Assembly (NCBI GenBank): GCA_030430245.1
Contig: JAUIFY010000003.1
Location: forward strand, 1-58,721
Reading direction: 5' to 3'
DNA: 58,721 nucleotides
Source: a bacterium
GTDB lineage: Bacteria > Desulfobacterota > Binatia > UBA12015
Shown: positions 26,299 to 36,029 of the stretch, piece after piece
How the letters are laid out: each line of letters opens with the position of its first letter
How positions within the stretch are numbered: position 1 is the stretch's first letter
Notes under the pieces: generated by a model
The model's database searches: none
Told to the model about the DNA's origin: nothing
Seen by the model: only the letters and a program-made list of their open reading frames with translations
Position numbers and translations under genes: made by a program

Positions 26299-27033
26299 AT
26301 GCGCAAGCTCACCGTGACTTTCGACAACGGACCGGACCCCGACTGCACACCGGCCGTGCTCGACACGCTCGGGGAGCGGGGCGTCCGGGCGTCGTTCTTC
26401 GTTTGCGGGCTCGGCAACCGACTCCATCCCGCCTGCATGGCGAAGGCCGACGACGGTCGACGGATCCTGGAGCGAGCGCGATCGGAGGGGCACTGGATCG
26501 GTAACCATAGCTTGACGCACACGATCGAGCTCGGAACCACGCGTGATCCGGAGGTCGTTCGTCGCGAGATCGGATTCAGCGAGGAGCTTCTCGGCGACCT
26601 GAACGAGCACCGTCTGTTTCGGCCCTACATGAGCGGGGGCCTCCGGAGTCGCCGCATCTTCAGTCCGGAAGCGGTGAAGTACCTTTGCGACGAACGGTAC
26701 ACGGTCGTGCTCTTCAACAACCTCCCGCGCGACTGGGAGAATCCGGAGGGCTGGCCCGAGGCGGCGTTTCGCCTGGCCGAGGATCAGGGCTGGTCCGTGG
26801 TCATCCTGCACGACGTCGGAGGCTACGGCAGCATGACGAAGCTGGGCTCGTTTCTCGATCGGGCCATCGCCGAGGGAGTGGAGATCGTGCAGGAGTTCCC
26901 CTCCGACCCGGCGTGCGTGCCGATTTCCGGGGGCGAGATCAAGGGGGCTCTCGATGGCGTGGTATGCGGGGAGGGGCCGGAGGAGCCGCATCCCATCGCG
27001 GCCCTCGCCGTCGAGTACGTGAACGAAGCTTGA
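26299..27033 (+). CDS. Polysaccharide deacetylase (NodB homology domain)
   Basis: Motifs TFDNGPDP, RASFFVCG and GNHSLTHT. Confidence 0.8.
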   Translation: MRKLTVTFDNGPDPDCTPAVLDTLGERGVRASFFVCGLGNRLHPACMAKADDGRRILERARSEGHWIGNHSLTHTIELGTTRDPEVVRREIGFSEELLGDLNEHRLFRPYMSGGLRSRRIFSPEAVKYLCDERYTVVLFNNLPRDWENPEGWPEAAFRLAEDQGWSVVILHDVGGYGSMTKLGSFLDRAIAEGVEIVQEFPSDPACVPISGGEIKGALDGVVCGEGPEEPHPIAALAVEYVNEA

Positions 27034-27109
27034 CCGACGGACGTCCTCGCGGCGCACGGAGCTCCCGAGCGCTCGCGACGGTCGAGCCGGCCGATCGAGG
27101 AGGGATGGA

Positions 27110-27703
27110 ATGGACAATCCAAAGCTGCCCGAGTTCGACGAGAGCTCACCGCTGCGTCCTGCGCGGTTCGGGCACATCGTGCTCCGAACGAACCGCTTCG
27201 AGGAGATGACGCGGTGGTACAAGACGGTGCTCCACGCCCAGCCGATCTTCGAAGTGACGGGCGCCTGCTTCCTCACGTACGACGACGAGCACCACCGCGT
27301 GTTGATCTACAGAGACTCGAAGGCGACCGATCGGCCGGAGACGGCGGCCGGGGTCGCGCACTTCGCCTACCTCTTCAACGATCTCACCGACCTCATGTCC
27401 GCCTACGCTCGGCTCCGCGACGAGGAGGGCATCACGCCGACGAGCTGCGTGAATCACGGTTTCCAGTTCTCGCTGTACTACCACGACCCCGACCGGAACG
27501 AGGTCGAGCTCGGCTGCGACAACTTCGCGACGCGCCAGGAGATCCAGGACTGGTTCGACGAGGGACACTTCGCGAAGAACTTCTACGGCTACGAGTTCGA
27601 TCCTGAAGCCGTCTACGCGATGCACGCGTCCGGCATCCCGGACGCCGAGATCTTCGACCGCACCTATCGGCGGCGTCCTCCCGATCGCTCCGCGCGTAGT
27701 TGA
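27110..27703 (+). CDS. VOC family protein, single-domain extradiol-dioxygenase-like
   Basis: Motifs FGHIVLRTNRFEEMTRWY, GVAHFAY and SLYYHDPDRNEVEL. Confidence 0.75.
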   Translation: MDNPKLPEFDESSPLRPARFGHIVLRTNRFEEMTRWYKTVLHAQPIFEVTGACFLTYDDEHHRVLIYRDSKATDRPETAAGVAHFAYLFNDLTDLMSAYARLRDEEGITPTSCVNHGFQFSLYYHDPDRNEVELGCDNFATRQEIQDWFDEGHFAKNFYGYEFDPEAVYAMHASGIPDAEIFDRTYRRRPPDRSARS

Positions 27704-27724
27704 GGATGGCCTCGCGGGCGGCTG

Positions 27725-28981
27725 TCAGCCGGGCTGACAGCCGCAGCTGCCACCCGACGTCGTGCAGACCTCGCCCGGAGGGCAGTAGAGGCCACCGTCG
27801 CAGGTCGGGACGTCGCAGGAGCCGCTCGTCGACGCACAAACGCAGTACTGCGAGCTTCCGAGCGCGAGCGGTACGCAGGCTCCACCCGGGCCGCACGCCG
27901 AGCCGCCGCACGTCGGGAACGTCCCTCCGCAGAAGAACGGTACGCACGTGAAGTCGCCGGGGCCGATCGGCAGGCACTCCATGTCGGGGGGGCAGTTGCC
28001 GAAGCCCGGACCACAGGCCTGATCGGGATCGACGCATGCGCAGTAGGGGTCGTAGAACCCGACTCCCGGCTGCGCCTCGCATGCGAGGCCTGGCGGGCAG
28101 GCGCCGCTGCCGCACGCGAGGCCGGTGGCTCCGCACGGAGGCGTCTCCTCCGGCGCGCAGAGGCATTGGTCGTTCGCACCGGGGACGAAGCCGTCGATCG
28201 GCCAACACCGCTCGCCGGCCGGACACGAGCCGTTGCACGAGGGCGCGGTATCGCCGCAGGCCTGTGTCTCGAGGTTGCAGCGGCACGGGCCGCCGAGCGG
28301 GTCGGGCGCGCACACGCCCCCGGCCGGACAGGCTCCACCGCAGGCGGGGAACGAGGAGGAGGCGCAGTCGAAGCCCAGGGCCGCGAGAAGCGTCGCATCC
28401 GCGCAGTCCGCGAGACCCGGCGCGGGCGCGTTGCGTGCGACGAATCGGCCGGACTGGTTCTTCCGCACGCTCGCTTCCGAGAGCAGAGCGCAGGCGCGCA
28501 GCGATCCCATCGTCACGCGAATCGCGACCGCATCCGCGGGGCTCGAGAGGGGAAGGTCGACGCGCCCCCGCACGCGGAAGGCGCGCCCGGACTTGAGGTG
28601 CACCTTCTTGATCTCCCCGGGGGGAACGGCGCCGGCGCCCGCACGATGCACGTACACCGTGCCGTCGGAGCGCAGACTCCAGCCCGGCTTTCCCGAGCCA
28701 CCCGTCGCCCTCGACGAGGCGGATTCGCCGCTCGCCGTGAAGACGTGAACGTCGATGCCCGTGGCCCTGGGATCCGCGTCGCTGCCCGGGACCGGGAATG
28801 GAAACGTCGGGTCCCTCGAGACGAACTTCACCTCGGTCCCCTCCGGCTGCGCCCGCAGCTGCAGGACTCGCGCGTCGACGGGGAAGTCGATCGCGGCGGC
28901 CAGAGCCGGAGCCCCGGCCAGCAGGCTCGCGACGAACACCATGACCTTCGTCCCATGCGCCATGCTCGGAGGCTCTCGCAT
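27725..28981 (-). CDS. Secreted protein: N-terminal beta-rich module plus six tandem Cys-rich repeats
   Basis: Signal-like VMVFVASLLAGAPALAAA. GGAGGAGG lies immediately upstream of ATG 28981. The C-terminal half has repeated CxGxCPxGxxC...CxC units. Confidence 0.7.
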   Translation of the reverse strand: MREPPSMAHGTKVMVFVASLLAGAPALAAAIDFPVDARVLQLRAQPEGTEVKFVSRDPTFPFPVPGSDADPRATGIDVHVFTASGESASSRATGGSGKPGWSLRSDGTVYVHRAGAGAVPPGEIKKVHLKSGRAFRVRGRVDLPLSSPADAVAIRVTMGSLRACALLSEASVRKNQSGRFVARNAPAPGLADCADATLLAALGFDCASSSFPACGGACPAGGVCAPDPLGGPCRCNLETQACGDTAPSCNGSCPAGERCWPIDGFVPGANDQCLCAPEETPPCGATGLACGSGACPPGLACEAQPGVGFYDPYCACVDPDQACGPGFGNCPPDMECLPIGPGDFTCVPFFCGGTFPTCGGSACGPGGACVPLALGSSQYCVCASTSGSCDVPTCDGGLYCPPGEVCTTSGGSCGCQPG

Positions 28982-29078
28982 CCTCCTCCCCGACGTCAAG
29001 CGCGATTCCATCGAGGGTACGAAGGCCGGCGCGTCGGTTTCCGGGCCGTTCCGGCCCGACCCGTCGGTTCGCCGGGGC

Positions 29079-30332
29079 TCAGAGCCCGAGGGTCCGCACC
29101 GCGATGAAGGAGAAGAAGGCGAGAACGGCGACCAGGGCGACGACCGTCGCGGGGCGGTTTCCGAGGTCGCCGAGTCGTGCGCGGGCGTTGAAGACGAGAA
29201 GGCCGATCGTGACGAACGGAAAGAACATCGCTCCGGTCACCGTGTAGATCTTCTGGACCTCTCGGAAGCTCCAGAACAGCCCGATCATCGGCACGACGGC
29301 GAGCAGGAGCAGGTACCCCCGATAGGGCCACGACGTCGTGTCGACGACGACCGGCTCGCGCGCGTCGTCTCCCGCGCGTCGCCGCGCGAGCTCCCAGCAG
29401 TCGGCAAAGAGGTACGGCACGCCCTGCCACACGCCGAGCAGGCTGCTGAAGACCGCGCCCACGGCTCCGGCGAGGAACAGCCACTTGCCGACGGGCCCGA
29501 CCGGCTCGAGAAGGAGGTTCGCCAGCTCGACCAGCAGCGTCGCCCCGGAGCCCGTGATCTCGACTCGGCTGCCGATGATCACCATGCAGACCCCGAACAG
29601 GGCGGTCATGAGGTAGCCCGCTCCGAGGTCCAGTCGACAGCCCCGGAGATCCGCGGAGCTCGTCCGGCGCTCCTCGCGCAGCCAGTATCCGTAGAAGAGC
29701 ACGCTGACCGTCCCCCCGACGCCGCCGATCAGCGCTACGGTCCAGCCGAGGCCTTCTCCCCGAAGGTCGGCGAGGTCGGGCACGACGAGACCCCGTGCCA
29801 GCTCGGAGGTGTCGGGGGCCAGGAGCGCCGCCGTCGCGACGACGGTCGCGAACATCACGCCGATGCAGACGCGCATCACCTGCTCGAACAGGCGGTAGCC
29901 GCCCTTCGACACGAGGACGACGCCGAAGAGGCTCGAGGCCACGCCGAACACGATCTTGCCGGTCCGAGCGTCCTCGAACACGGGGAGGGCGGCGTGAAGG
30001 GCGACGCCACACGCGCTCATCTGTGCCGAGCCGACGAAGAACGTCCAGAGAAACAGGTAGGGGAGGAAGAGCCAGATGGCGCTCGGACCGAGGCGATGGA
30101 CCAGTCCCTCCAGAAAGGTCTCGCCCGTCGCGAGCTGCCACCGGGCGAGCCCCTCGGTGACCACGAACTTGAGAAGCGCGCCGACGAGGACCGCCCAGAG
30201 AATCGAGGTTCCCAGGTGACTCCCGGCGAACGTCGCCGTGGCGAGATCGCCCCCCCCGACGCCGGTCGCCGCGAGTAGCAGTCCGGGGCCGAGGAGGGTC
30301 CACAGCGGTGGCGCGTCGGTCGTCGTCTTCAA
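29079..30332 (-). CDS. Nramp-related membrane transporter (divergent; canonical metal-site residues absent)
   Basis: TTG start. LGPGLLLAATGVGGGDLATATFAGSHLGTSILW aligns to the Nramp TM1 region, but GGGD replaces DPGN. The protein is multi-pass hydrophobic. Confidence 0.75.
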   Translation of the reverse strand: MKTTTDAPPLWTLLGPGLLLAATGVGGGDLATATFAGSHLGTSILWAVLVGALLKFVVTEGLARWQLATGETFLEGLVHRLGPSAIWLFLPYLFLWTFFVGSAQMSACGVALHAALPVFEDARTGKIVFGVASSLFGVVLVSKGGYRLFEQVMRVCIGVMFATVVATAALLAPDTSELARGLVVPDLADLRGEGLGWTVALIGGVGGTVSVLFYGYWLREERRTSSADLRGCRLDLGAGYLMTALFGVCMVIIGSRVEITGSGATLLVELANLLLEPVGPVGKWLFLAGAVGAVFSSLLGVWQGVPYLFADCWELARRRAGDDAREPVVVDTTSWPYRGYLLLLAVVPMIGLFWSFREVQKIYTVTGAMFFPFVTIGLLVFNARARLGDLGNRPATVVALVAVLAFFSFIAVRTLGL

Positions 30333-30445
30333 GACCGCACATCAAGGCAGATCTCGACACGAAATCACAACCAGAGCTTGCCTTGACAGGCTCCGGGCGT
30401 TCGGAGGACCGTCGGAGCGTGAGCTGCCCCGTCCCGCGGGACGAC

Positions 30446-31852
30446 TCAGCCGACCGGCCGGACTCGCTTCTTGATCTCGGCGAGCGTGGACGCCTCCTCT
30501 CGCCGCTTGTAGAACGGGTCGAGCGGGTAGCACCCCGAGACGAGTCCGTTTCGGGGGGCCGTCGTGCAGTCGCTGAAGGTGCGGCAGATCGCGCGTCGCT
30601 GGAGAGGACGACCCGCGATCACGTCACGCGGAAGGTCCGGGTAGGAGAGCACCATGCGGCCGAGGCCCACCGAGTCGACGCCGCCGGTTCGAACGGTCGC
30701 CTGGGCGACGTGGGGCAGCCACTCCTGCAGATACGTGTACCCCGACCCGACGACGAAGACGTTCGGGTGGCGTTCCTTCACCGCGCGCGTCGCCTCGATC
30801 TGGCGGGCGACGCCGACCAGTGGGTCTTCGGGCGGGCCGTAGCCATCGGAGGGGGGGTAGAAGGCGGGGCGCTGAATGTGCGGGGTGTAGTACGGGCTCC
30901 CCGCCGTCGTGCAGAGCATCGAGACGCCGGCCGCCGCAAGGCGGTCGACGAGCTCGTGCGTCTCGCCGAGATCGACGTCGAGGCCGTCGGCGGACGTGCC
31001 GAAGGGCCGATGGTGCGTCGGCTCGGGCCGACCGATGCCGTCGTCGCCGGCAGCGAACGGTCGGTGATCGAAGATCGAGAGGCGAACGCCGATCGCGAGC
31101 TCGGGAGCCTCCGTTCGAATCGCGTCGATCGTGGCGAGGAGAAAGCGAGCTCGATCTTCGAGTCGCTCGCCTCCGTAGCGTCCCGCGCGCTCCCTCCCCG
31201 AGAGAAGCTCGTGCAGCAGATACCCGTGGCACGCCTTCACGTCGACGAACTGGAACCCCGCATCGCGCGCGAGCCGTGCGACCGCGACGAAGGCCCCGAT
31301 GAGGTCGTCGAGCTCCGCGTCGCTCAAGACCGCTGCATCGTCCTCGATGCCGACACGGCGGTCGAGGAGCGCGTGTCGATACGCGACGCGCGGTGCAGGT
31401 GTTCCCTCCGGGCGCGCGAATCGCCCGGAGTGCGTGAGCTGGAGACCCAACAGCAGGTCGTCCGTGCGGCCGGCGTGCGTTCTGTGGGCCTCGGCCACGC
31501 AGGAGCGAAGGTCGGCGAGATCCGCCTCGGTTTCCGCGTTGCGGGCGAGCTGCCGCGGATTCGCACGTGCCGCCCGCTCGACCGCGTACGCCTCGCCACC
31601 CCACACGAGCTTGGCGCCGCTCTCGCCGAAGCGCCTCCAGCGGCGCCGCACGAGGTCGGTGGGGCGGCCCTCGGCCGTACCGTCCCAGCCCTCCATGGGC
31701 AGGACGGTGAAGCGGTTGCCGATGGCGTGGCCGCCGACCGACGCCTGAGCGCCGAGCGGGCCCGGTGCCTCGAGATCGGCCTCGAGCGGGAGCTCGATCC
31801 CGAGCTCCGAGAGCCGCGCCTCGAGCTGGTCCGCGGTCTTCAACCCGCTCAT
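30446..31852 (-). CDS. NADH:flavin oxidoreductase (Old Yellow Enzyme family) with N-terminal extension
   Basis: ATG at 31852 (MSGLKTADQL). Motifs FTVLPMEGWD, LQLTHSGRFARP and VKACHGYLLHELLS. Confidence 0.8.
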   Translation of the reverse strand: MSGLKTADQLEARLSELGIELPLEADLEAPGPLGAQASVGGHAIGNRFTVLPMEGWDGTAEGRPTDLVRRRWRRFGESGAKLVWGGEAYAVERAARANPRQLARNAETEADLADLRSCVAEAHRTHAGRTDDLLLGLQLTHSGRFARPEGTPAPRVAYRHALLDRRVGIEDDAAVLSDAELDDLIGAFVAVARLARDAGFQFVDVKACHGYLLHELLSGRERAGRYGGERLEDRARFLLATIDAIRTEAPELAIGVRLSIFDHRPFAAGDDGIGRPEPTHHRPFGTSADGLDVDLGETHELVDRLAAAGVSMLCTTAGSPYYTPHIQRPAFYPPSDGYGPPEDPLVGVARQIEATRAVKERHPNVFVVGSGYTYLQEWLPHVAQATVRTGGVDSVGLGRMVLSYPDLPRDVIAGRPLQRRAICRTFSDCTTAPRNGLVSGCYPLDPFYKRREEASTLAEIKKRVRPVG

Positions 31853-31866
31853 CTTGCACGGGCGAC

Positions 31867-32808
31867 TCACGCCAGAGCCTCCAGTCGTGACGCGATCTCC
31901 TCGAGCACCGCGCGGTCTCCCACCGGACGCTTCGGAGCATCCGGATGCGTGCGGTCCGTCGCGATCCGGCCGCGCAGATGGAGGAACATCGCGGCGTCGT
32001 GCTTGTACGCGGGTACCGGACGGCGAAAGGCGAAGCAGCCGAGGTACTGGAGTACGTCGTTCAGCTCGTAGAATCGCGGATCCTCTCGTTCCCACAGCCG
32101 GTCACGCGCCGCGAAGGCCTCGGGCGCGAACGCCGACAGGCCGAGGAGGTAGTCGCTGCCGTACATCACCATGTCGATCGCGAGGTCGTTGCCGGTCAGG
32201 ACCAGGAAGTCCGGTCGCTTCTCGTCGCGGAGGGCCAGGCGGTCCCACTCGAGCAACCGGGAGAGCGAGGAGTGCTTCGCGCCCACGCATTGCGGGATGG
32301 AGAGGAGCGCTTCGTACGCGTCCAGGTCGTAGATGCGCCCGTAGGGAACGAACATCGCGCCCAGCTCGAAGGCGATGAATCGGTCGACGTCGCGAGCGAG
32401 CTCGGCGTGCGCTCCGGCCCAGGCGGCGCCGTCGAGCCCGCACAGACCGTGGGACGGGAAGATCACCGGAAGGCCGCCTCGCGACGCGATCGGCTCGATG
32501 CGCCGCAGGTACGCGTCGCGGTCCCAGAGGGCGCCGGCCTCGTCGGCGACATGGGCGCCTGCGACGAACGCGTCCCCCACGACCTCGTGAGTCGTCTCGA
32601 GCACGCGGGCACGCGTGTCGTCGTCGAGGAGCTGGACGTATCCGGTGTCCATGTTCACCGCAGGCACGAGTCCGGCCTCCCGAGTGCGTGCGAGGAGCGT
32701 GCGATACGACCCCCAGTCGATCGAATCGTCGGGAGCCAAGGGGAGCAGCACGGCCGACATGCCCCGAATCCGGCGCCCGGGACGGATCTTCTTGCTCGGG
32801 GGAAGCAT
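31867..32808 (-). CDS. Dihydrodipicolinate synthase (DapA)-like class I aldolase family protein
   Basis: TIM-barrel aldolase-like sequence with CVGAKHSS (candidate Schiff-base Lys). The start may be ATG 32808 or 32760. Confidence 0.65.
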   Translation of the reverse strand: MLPPSKKIRPGRRIRGMSAVLLPLAPDDSIDWGSYRTLLARTREAGLVPAVNMDTGYVQLLDDDTRARVLETTHEVVGDAFVAGAHVADEAGALWDRDAYLRRIEPIASRGGLPVIFPSHGLCGLDGAAWAGAHAELARDVDRFIAFELGAMFVPYGRIYDLDAYEALLSIPQCVGAKHSSLSRLLEWDRLALRDEKRPDFLVLTGNDLAIDMVMYGSDYLLGLSAFAPEAFAARDRLWEREDPRFYELNDVLQYLGCFAFRRPVPAYKHDAAMFLHLRGRIATDRTHPDAPKRPVGDRAVLEEIASRLEALA

Positions 32809-32827
32809 GGTCGTCTGGCGTGGTCCG

Positions 32828-33208
32828 TCAGTCGTTCGTCGGCAGTGGGAGGCCGAGCGAGGCGCAGTGGGTGAGGAGGCTTCGATACGTCGAGGCGGCC
32901 TTCGGCCAGCCCGAGTAGTGCGCGATCTGGATCACGACCTCGAGGAGCTCGGCCGGTGTGAGGTCGCCGCTCTTGAGGGCGCCCAGGAGATGGAAGCTCG
33001 TCTCGTCGGGCATGCTGGACGTGGCGGCCGCGGTGATCGAGACGAGGCGTCGCTCCTTCCGGGTGAGGCCGGGGCGCGACCAGACGTCTCCGAATACCTC
33101 GTCGATCGTGAAGGCGAGGAAGGGATCACTGGGCTCGACGGCATCGTCGAGCTGGGTCACCTCCCGGAACAGCCTCTTGCCGCGTGCGCGGCGGTCGTCG
33201 TTCGCCAT
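32828..33208 (-). CDS. Carboxymuconolactone decarboxylase family protein (small, single domain)
   Basis: ATG at 33208. LTRKERRLVSITAAATSSMPDETSFHLLGALKSGDLTPAELLEVVIQIAHYSGWPKA. Confidence 0.8.
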   Translation of the reverse strand: MANDDRRARGKRLFREVTQLDDAVEPSDPFLAFTIDEVFGDVWSRPGLTRKERRLVSITAAATSSMPDETSFHLLGALKSGDLTPAELLEVVIQIAHYSGWPKAASTYRSLLTHCASLGLPLPTND

Positions 33209-33506
33209 GATCTCTCCTCGTGTCCCGGTTCGGAGGCTCCCCGACGCCCTCGCCGACGCTCGACGCCCCGGCGGCGCCGGCCCGGCACGAACGCCCTCGG
33301 CTTCCTTCGTCGCTCCGCGTGGGCCACCGGTACCCACGGCGGGCCGACCGGGCCGGAGAGCTTCCGAATCGGGACACTAGCGATGGTCGAGCCGATCGTC
33401 GATCTCTCCGCACGGGGTGCCGTGCTTGCGGCTCTCGATGCTCATGCGCCAGAGTATGGATGTCGATTTCCCTGGACCGGACGGGCCGGCGGGCTAGAAG
33501 GCGAGG

Positions 33507-34541
33507 ATGAAGGCGCGAACGAGTTCTCTCTCCCCGGAGGACCTCCTGGAGGTCGGGCTGGGTTTCATGCGGTCGCGTGCGCTGCTCTCCGCCGTCGAGC
33601 TCGGAGTCTTTACGGCCCTCGGCGACCGCGGGGTCCGCGGGCCGGATCTCGCCCGAGAGATCGGCGTGTCCGAGCGCGCGACCTACGACCTCTTCGACGG
33701 CCTCGTCGCGATGGGAATCCTCGAGCGCGATGGGGCTGGCGACGATGCGGTCTACCGGAACTCGGCGGCCAGCGCGGTCTATCTCGACCGCTCGCGCCCG
33801 GAGTACGTCGGCGGCATTCTGGAGATGGCGGCCCGTCGGCTCTTCGGATTCTGGAACGATCTGACCGAGGCCCTGCAGACGGGGCGACCGCAGAACGAGA
33901 TCAAGCACACCGGAGCGCCGCTTTTCGCGACGCTCTACGAAGACCCCGAGCAGCTCGAGCAGTTCATGGCCGGCATGCGCGGCGTCTCTGCCACGCACGT
34001 TCGCTCCTTCGCCGAGAAGTTCGACTTCTCGCGTTACGCGACGCTCTGCGACGTCGGTGGTGCGACGGCGCTGCTGTCGACTCTGGTCGCCGAGCGCCAT
34101 CCCCACATGGGTTGCCATTCCGTCGATCTCCCGCCGGTCGAACCGATCGCTCGTCGGTATCTCGCCCAGGCGGGACTCGAGGATCGTGTGACACTCGGGT
34201 CGATCGACTTCTTCGCCGAGCCGCTCCCGCGCGCGGACGTGCTGACGATGGGCCTGATCCTCCACGACTGGAGTCTCGAGAACAAGAAGATGCTCATCGG
34301 CAAGGCCTTCGACGCGGTGAACGACGGTGGTGCCTTCGTCGCGATCGAGCACCTGATCGACGACGACCGGCGAGAGAGCGTCTACGGCCTCATGATGTCG
34401 CTGAACATGCTGGTGGAGTTCGGGGACGCCTTCGACTTCACCGGAGCGGACTTCGACGCCTGGTGCCGTGAGGCGGGATTCTCGCGGACCGAGGTGCTCC
34501 CGCTCACGAAGCACGCGAGTGCCGCGGTCGCGTACAAGTAG
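33507..34541 (+). CDS. Class I SAM-dependent O-methyltransferase (family 2, with N-terminal dimerisation/winged-helix domain)
   Basis: LCDVGGATALLSTLVAERHP (SAM motif I), ILHDWSLENKKMLIGKAF and AFVAIEHLIDDD. Confidence 0.85.
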   Translation: MKARTSSLSPEDLLEVGLGFMRSRALLSAVELGVFTALGDRGVRGPDLAREIGVSERATYDLFDGLVAMGILERDGAGDDAVYRNSAASAVYLDRSRPEYVGGILEMAARRLFGFWNDLTEALQTGRPQNEIKHTGAPLFATLYEDPEQLEQFMAGMRGVSATHVRSFAEKFDFSRYATLCDVGGATALLSTLVAERHPHMGCHSVDLPPVEPIARRYLAQAGLEDRVTLGSIDFFAEPLPRADVLTMGLILHDWSLENKKMLIGKAFDAVNDGGAFVAIEHLIDDDRRESVYGLMMSLNMLVEFGDAFDFTGADFDAWCREAGFSRTEVLPLTKHASAAVAYK

Positions 34542-34551
34542 TCCGGAAGAC

Positions 34552-35997
34552 ATGAGATCCCGAGAGAAGGTCGAGCTCGCGCATCACCAGACCCGGCGGA
34601 CCAAGATCGTCTGCACGGTCGGGCCGGCAACGGAGAGCGCGGACGTCCTCACGAAGCTGGCACAGGCCGGAATGAACGTCGCGCGTCTCAACATGTCGCA
34701 CGGCGACCACAAGTCCCACCTCGGAGTCATTCGCACCATCAAAGGGCTGAATCGTCGGCTGCAGCACCCGATCGCGATTCTGATGGATCTCCAGGGGCCG
34801 GAGATCCGCACGGGTGAGCTTGCCGACAGCCTCGATCTCGAGACGGGCGAAGAGCTGTACGTCTCGGTCATCGCCGACGACGCCGAGGAGCGCTCGGTCC
34901 ACGTGGACTACGCAGACCTGGTGCAGCACCTGAGCGCGGGGGATCACGTCACCGTCGACAACGGTCTCATCAATCTGGAGATCCTCGAGGTCGAAGAGCA
35001 TCGAATCCGCTGTCGCATCCTGGATGGAGGCTCGCTGGGGTCGCGCAAGCACGTCAATCTGCCCGGGATCCGCGTGAACCTGCCGTCGATCACGGACAAG
35101 GACCGGCAGGACATCGATTTCGCCATCAAGCACGATCTGGATTTCATCGCGCTCAGCTTCGTCCGCTCCGCCGACGACCTGGCGCACGTGCGCGAGATCG
35201 TCGAGGCATCGGGCGGTCACCAGCGATTGATCGCGAAGATCGAGAACCACGAGGGCGTCGAGAACTTCGACGCCATCCTCGAGGCGACCGACGTCGTCAT
35301 GATCGCGCGCGGAGATCTCGGAGTGGAGATCCCGTTCGAGGAGCTCCCGAAGCTTCAGAGGCACCTCGTCGAGAAGTGCGCCATCGCCGGCAAGCCGGTG
35401 ATCGTAGCCACGCACCTGCTCGAATCGATGATCGAGAACCCCATGCCGACCCGAGCCGAGGTGACCGACGTCGCCAATGCGGTCTACGAGCAGGTCGACG
35501 CGATCATGCTCAGCGGCGAGACGGCCGTGGGACGACACCCGGAGCGTTGCGTGAAGACGCTCCACAAGATCGCCTGCGCCACCGAGAGTGAGTCGGGGCT
35601 CGCGTTCTACGAAGGGCGGCCCGCGCCGACCACGCAGAGAGAGCATCTCGCCCGCAGTGCGTGTCGGTTGGCCGACTCCATCGGGGCGCGAGCGATCCTG
35701 GTGATCACGCGGCGCGGATCGTTCGGACAGCTCGTCGCGAGCTATCGCCCGCAGAGCGCGCTGATCTACGCGTTCACGAACATGAGCACGACGCGGCGGA
35801 AGCTCTGGCTGACGCGTTCCATCGTCGCTTCGCGGATCCGTCTCTCGCAGGACCCCGAGAAGACCATCGACGCCGGCATGCAGAGGCTTCGCGAGATGGG
35901 CGCGGTGAGAGGAGGAGACGAGGTCGTCGTCGTGTCCGACTTCGCGACGACGTCCGGCCAGCTCGTGACGGGCATTCAACTTCGCCGCCCCGAGTAG
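34552..35997 (+). CDS. pyk: Pyruvate kinase
   Basis: Motifs TKIVCTVGPAT, GMNVARLNMSHGDH, LQGPEIRTG, MIARGDLGVEIP and ATHLLESMI. Confidence 0.92.
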   Translation: MRSREKVELAHHQTRRTKIVCTVGPATESADVLTKLAQAGMNVARLNMSHGDHKSHLGVIRTIKGLNRRLQHPIAILMDLQGPEIRTGELADSLDLETGEELYVSVIADDAEERSVHVDYADLVQHLSAGDHVTVDNGLINLEILEVEEHRIRCRILDGGSLGSRKHVNLPGIRVNLPSITDKDRQDIDFAIKHDLDFIALSFVRSADDLAHVREIVEASGGHQRLIAKIENHEGVENFDAILEATDVVMIARGDLGVEIPFEELPKLQRHLVEKCAIAGKPVIVATHLLESMIENPMPTRAEVTDVANAVYEQVDAIMLSGETAVGRHPERCVKTLHKIACATESESGLAFYEGRPAPTTQREHLARSACRLADSIGARAILVITRRGSFGQLVASYRPQSALIYAFTNMSTTRRKLWLTRSIVASRIRLSQDPEKTIDAGMQRLREMGAVRGGDEVVVVSDFATTSGQLVTGIQLRRPE

Positions 35998-36029
35998 TCG
36001 GTCGGGAATGGTCCGTCGGCTGCGGCTGG

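Noticed and set aside
30342-30386. Hairpin TCAAGGCA-N29-TGCCTTGA upstream of the Nramp-like gene, as a possible Mn-responsive riboswitch or MntR/Fur box
   Set aside because: It has only an 8-bp stem with a large loop. It shows no similarity to yybP-ykoY, Fur or DtxR/MntR consensus sequences that I can recognise. It may simply separate the OYE operon from the transporter gene.
33209-33506. Possible small gene or tRNA in the 298-bp divergent gap between the CMD gene and the O-methyltransferase (likewise 41319-41532 and 55841-56048)
   Set aside because: I found no cloverleaf-compatible arms or T-loop consensus. No short frame has a convincing ribosome-binding site. These gaps are most simply promoter or terminator spacers.
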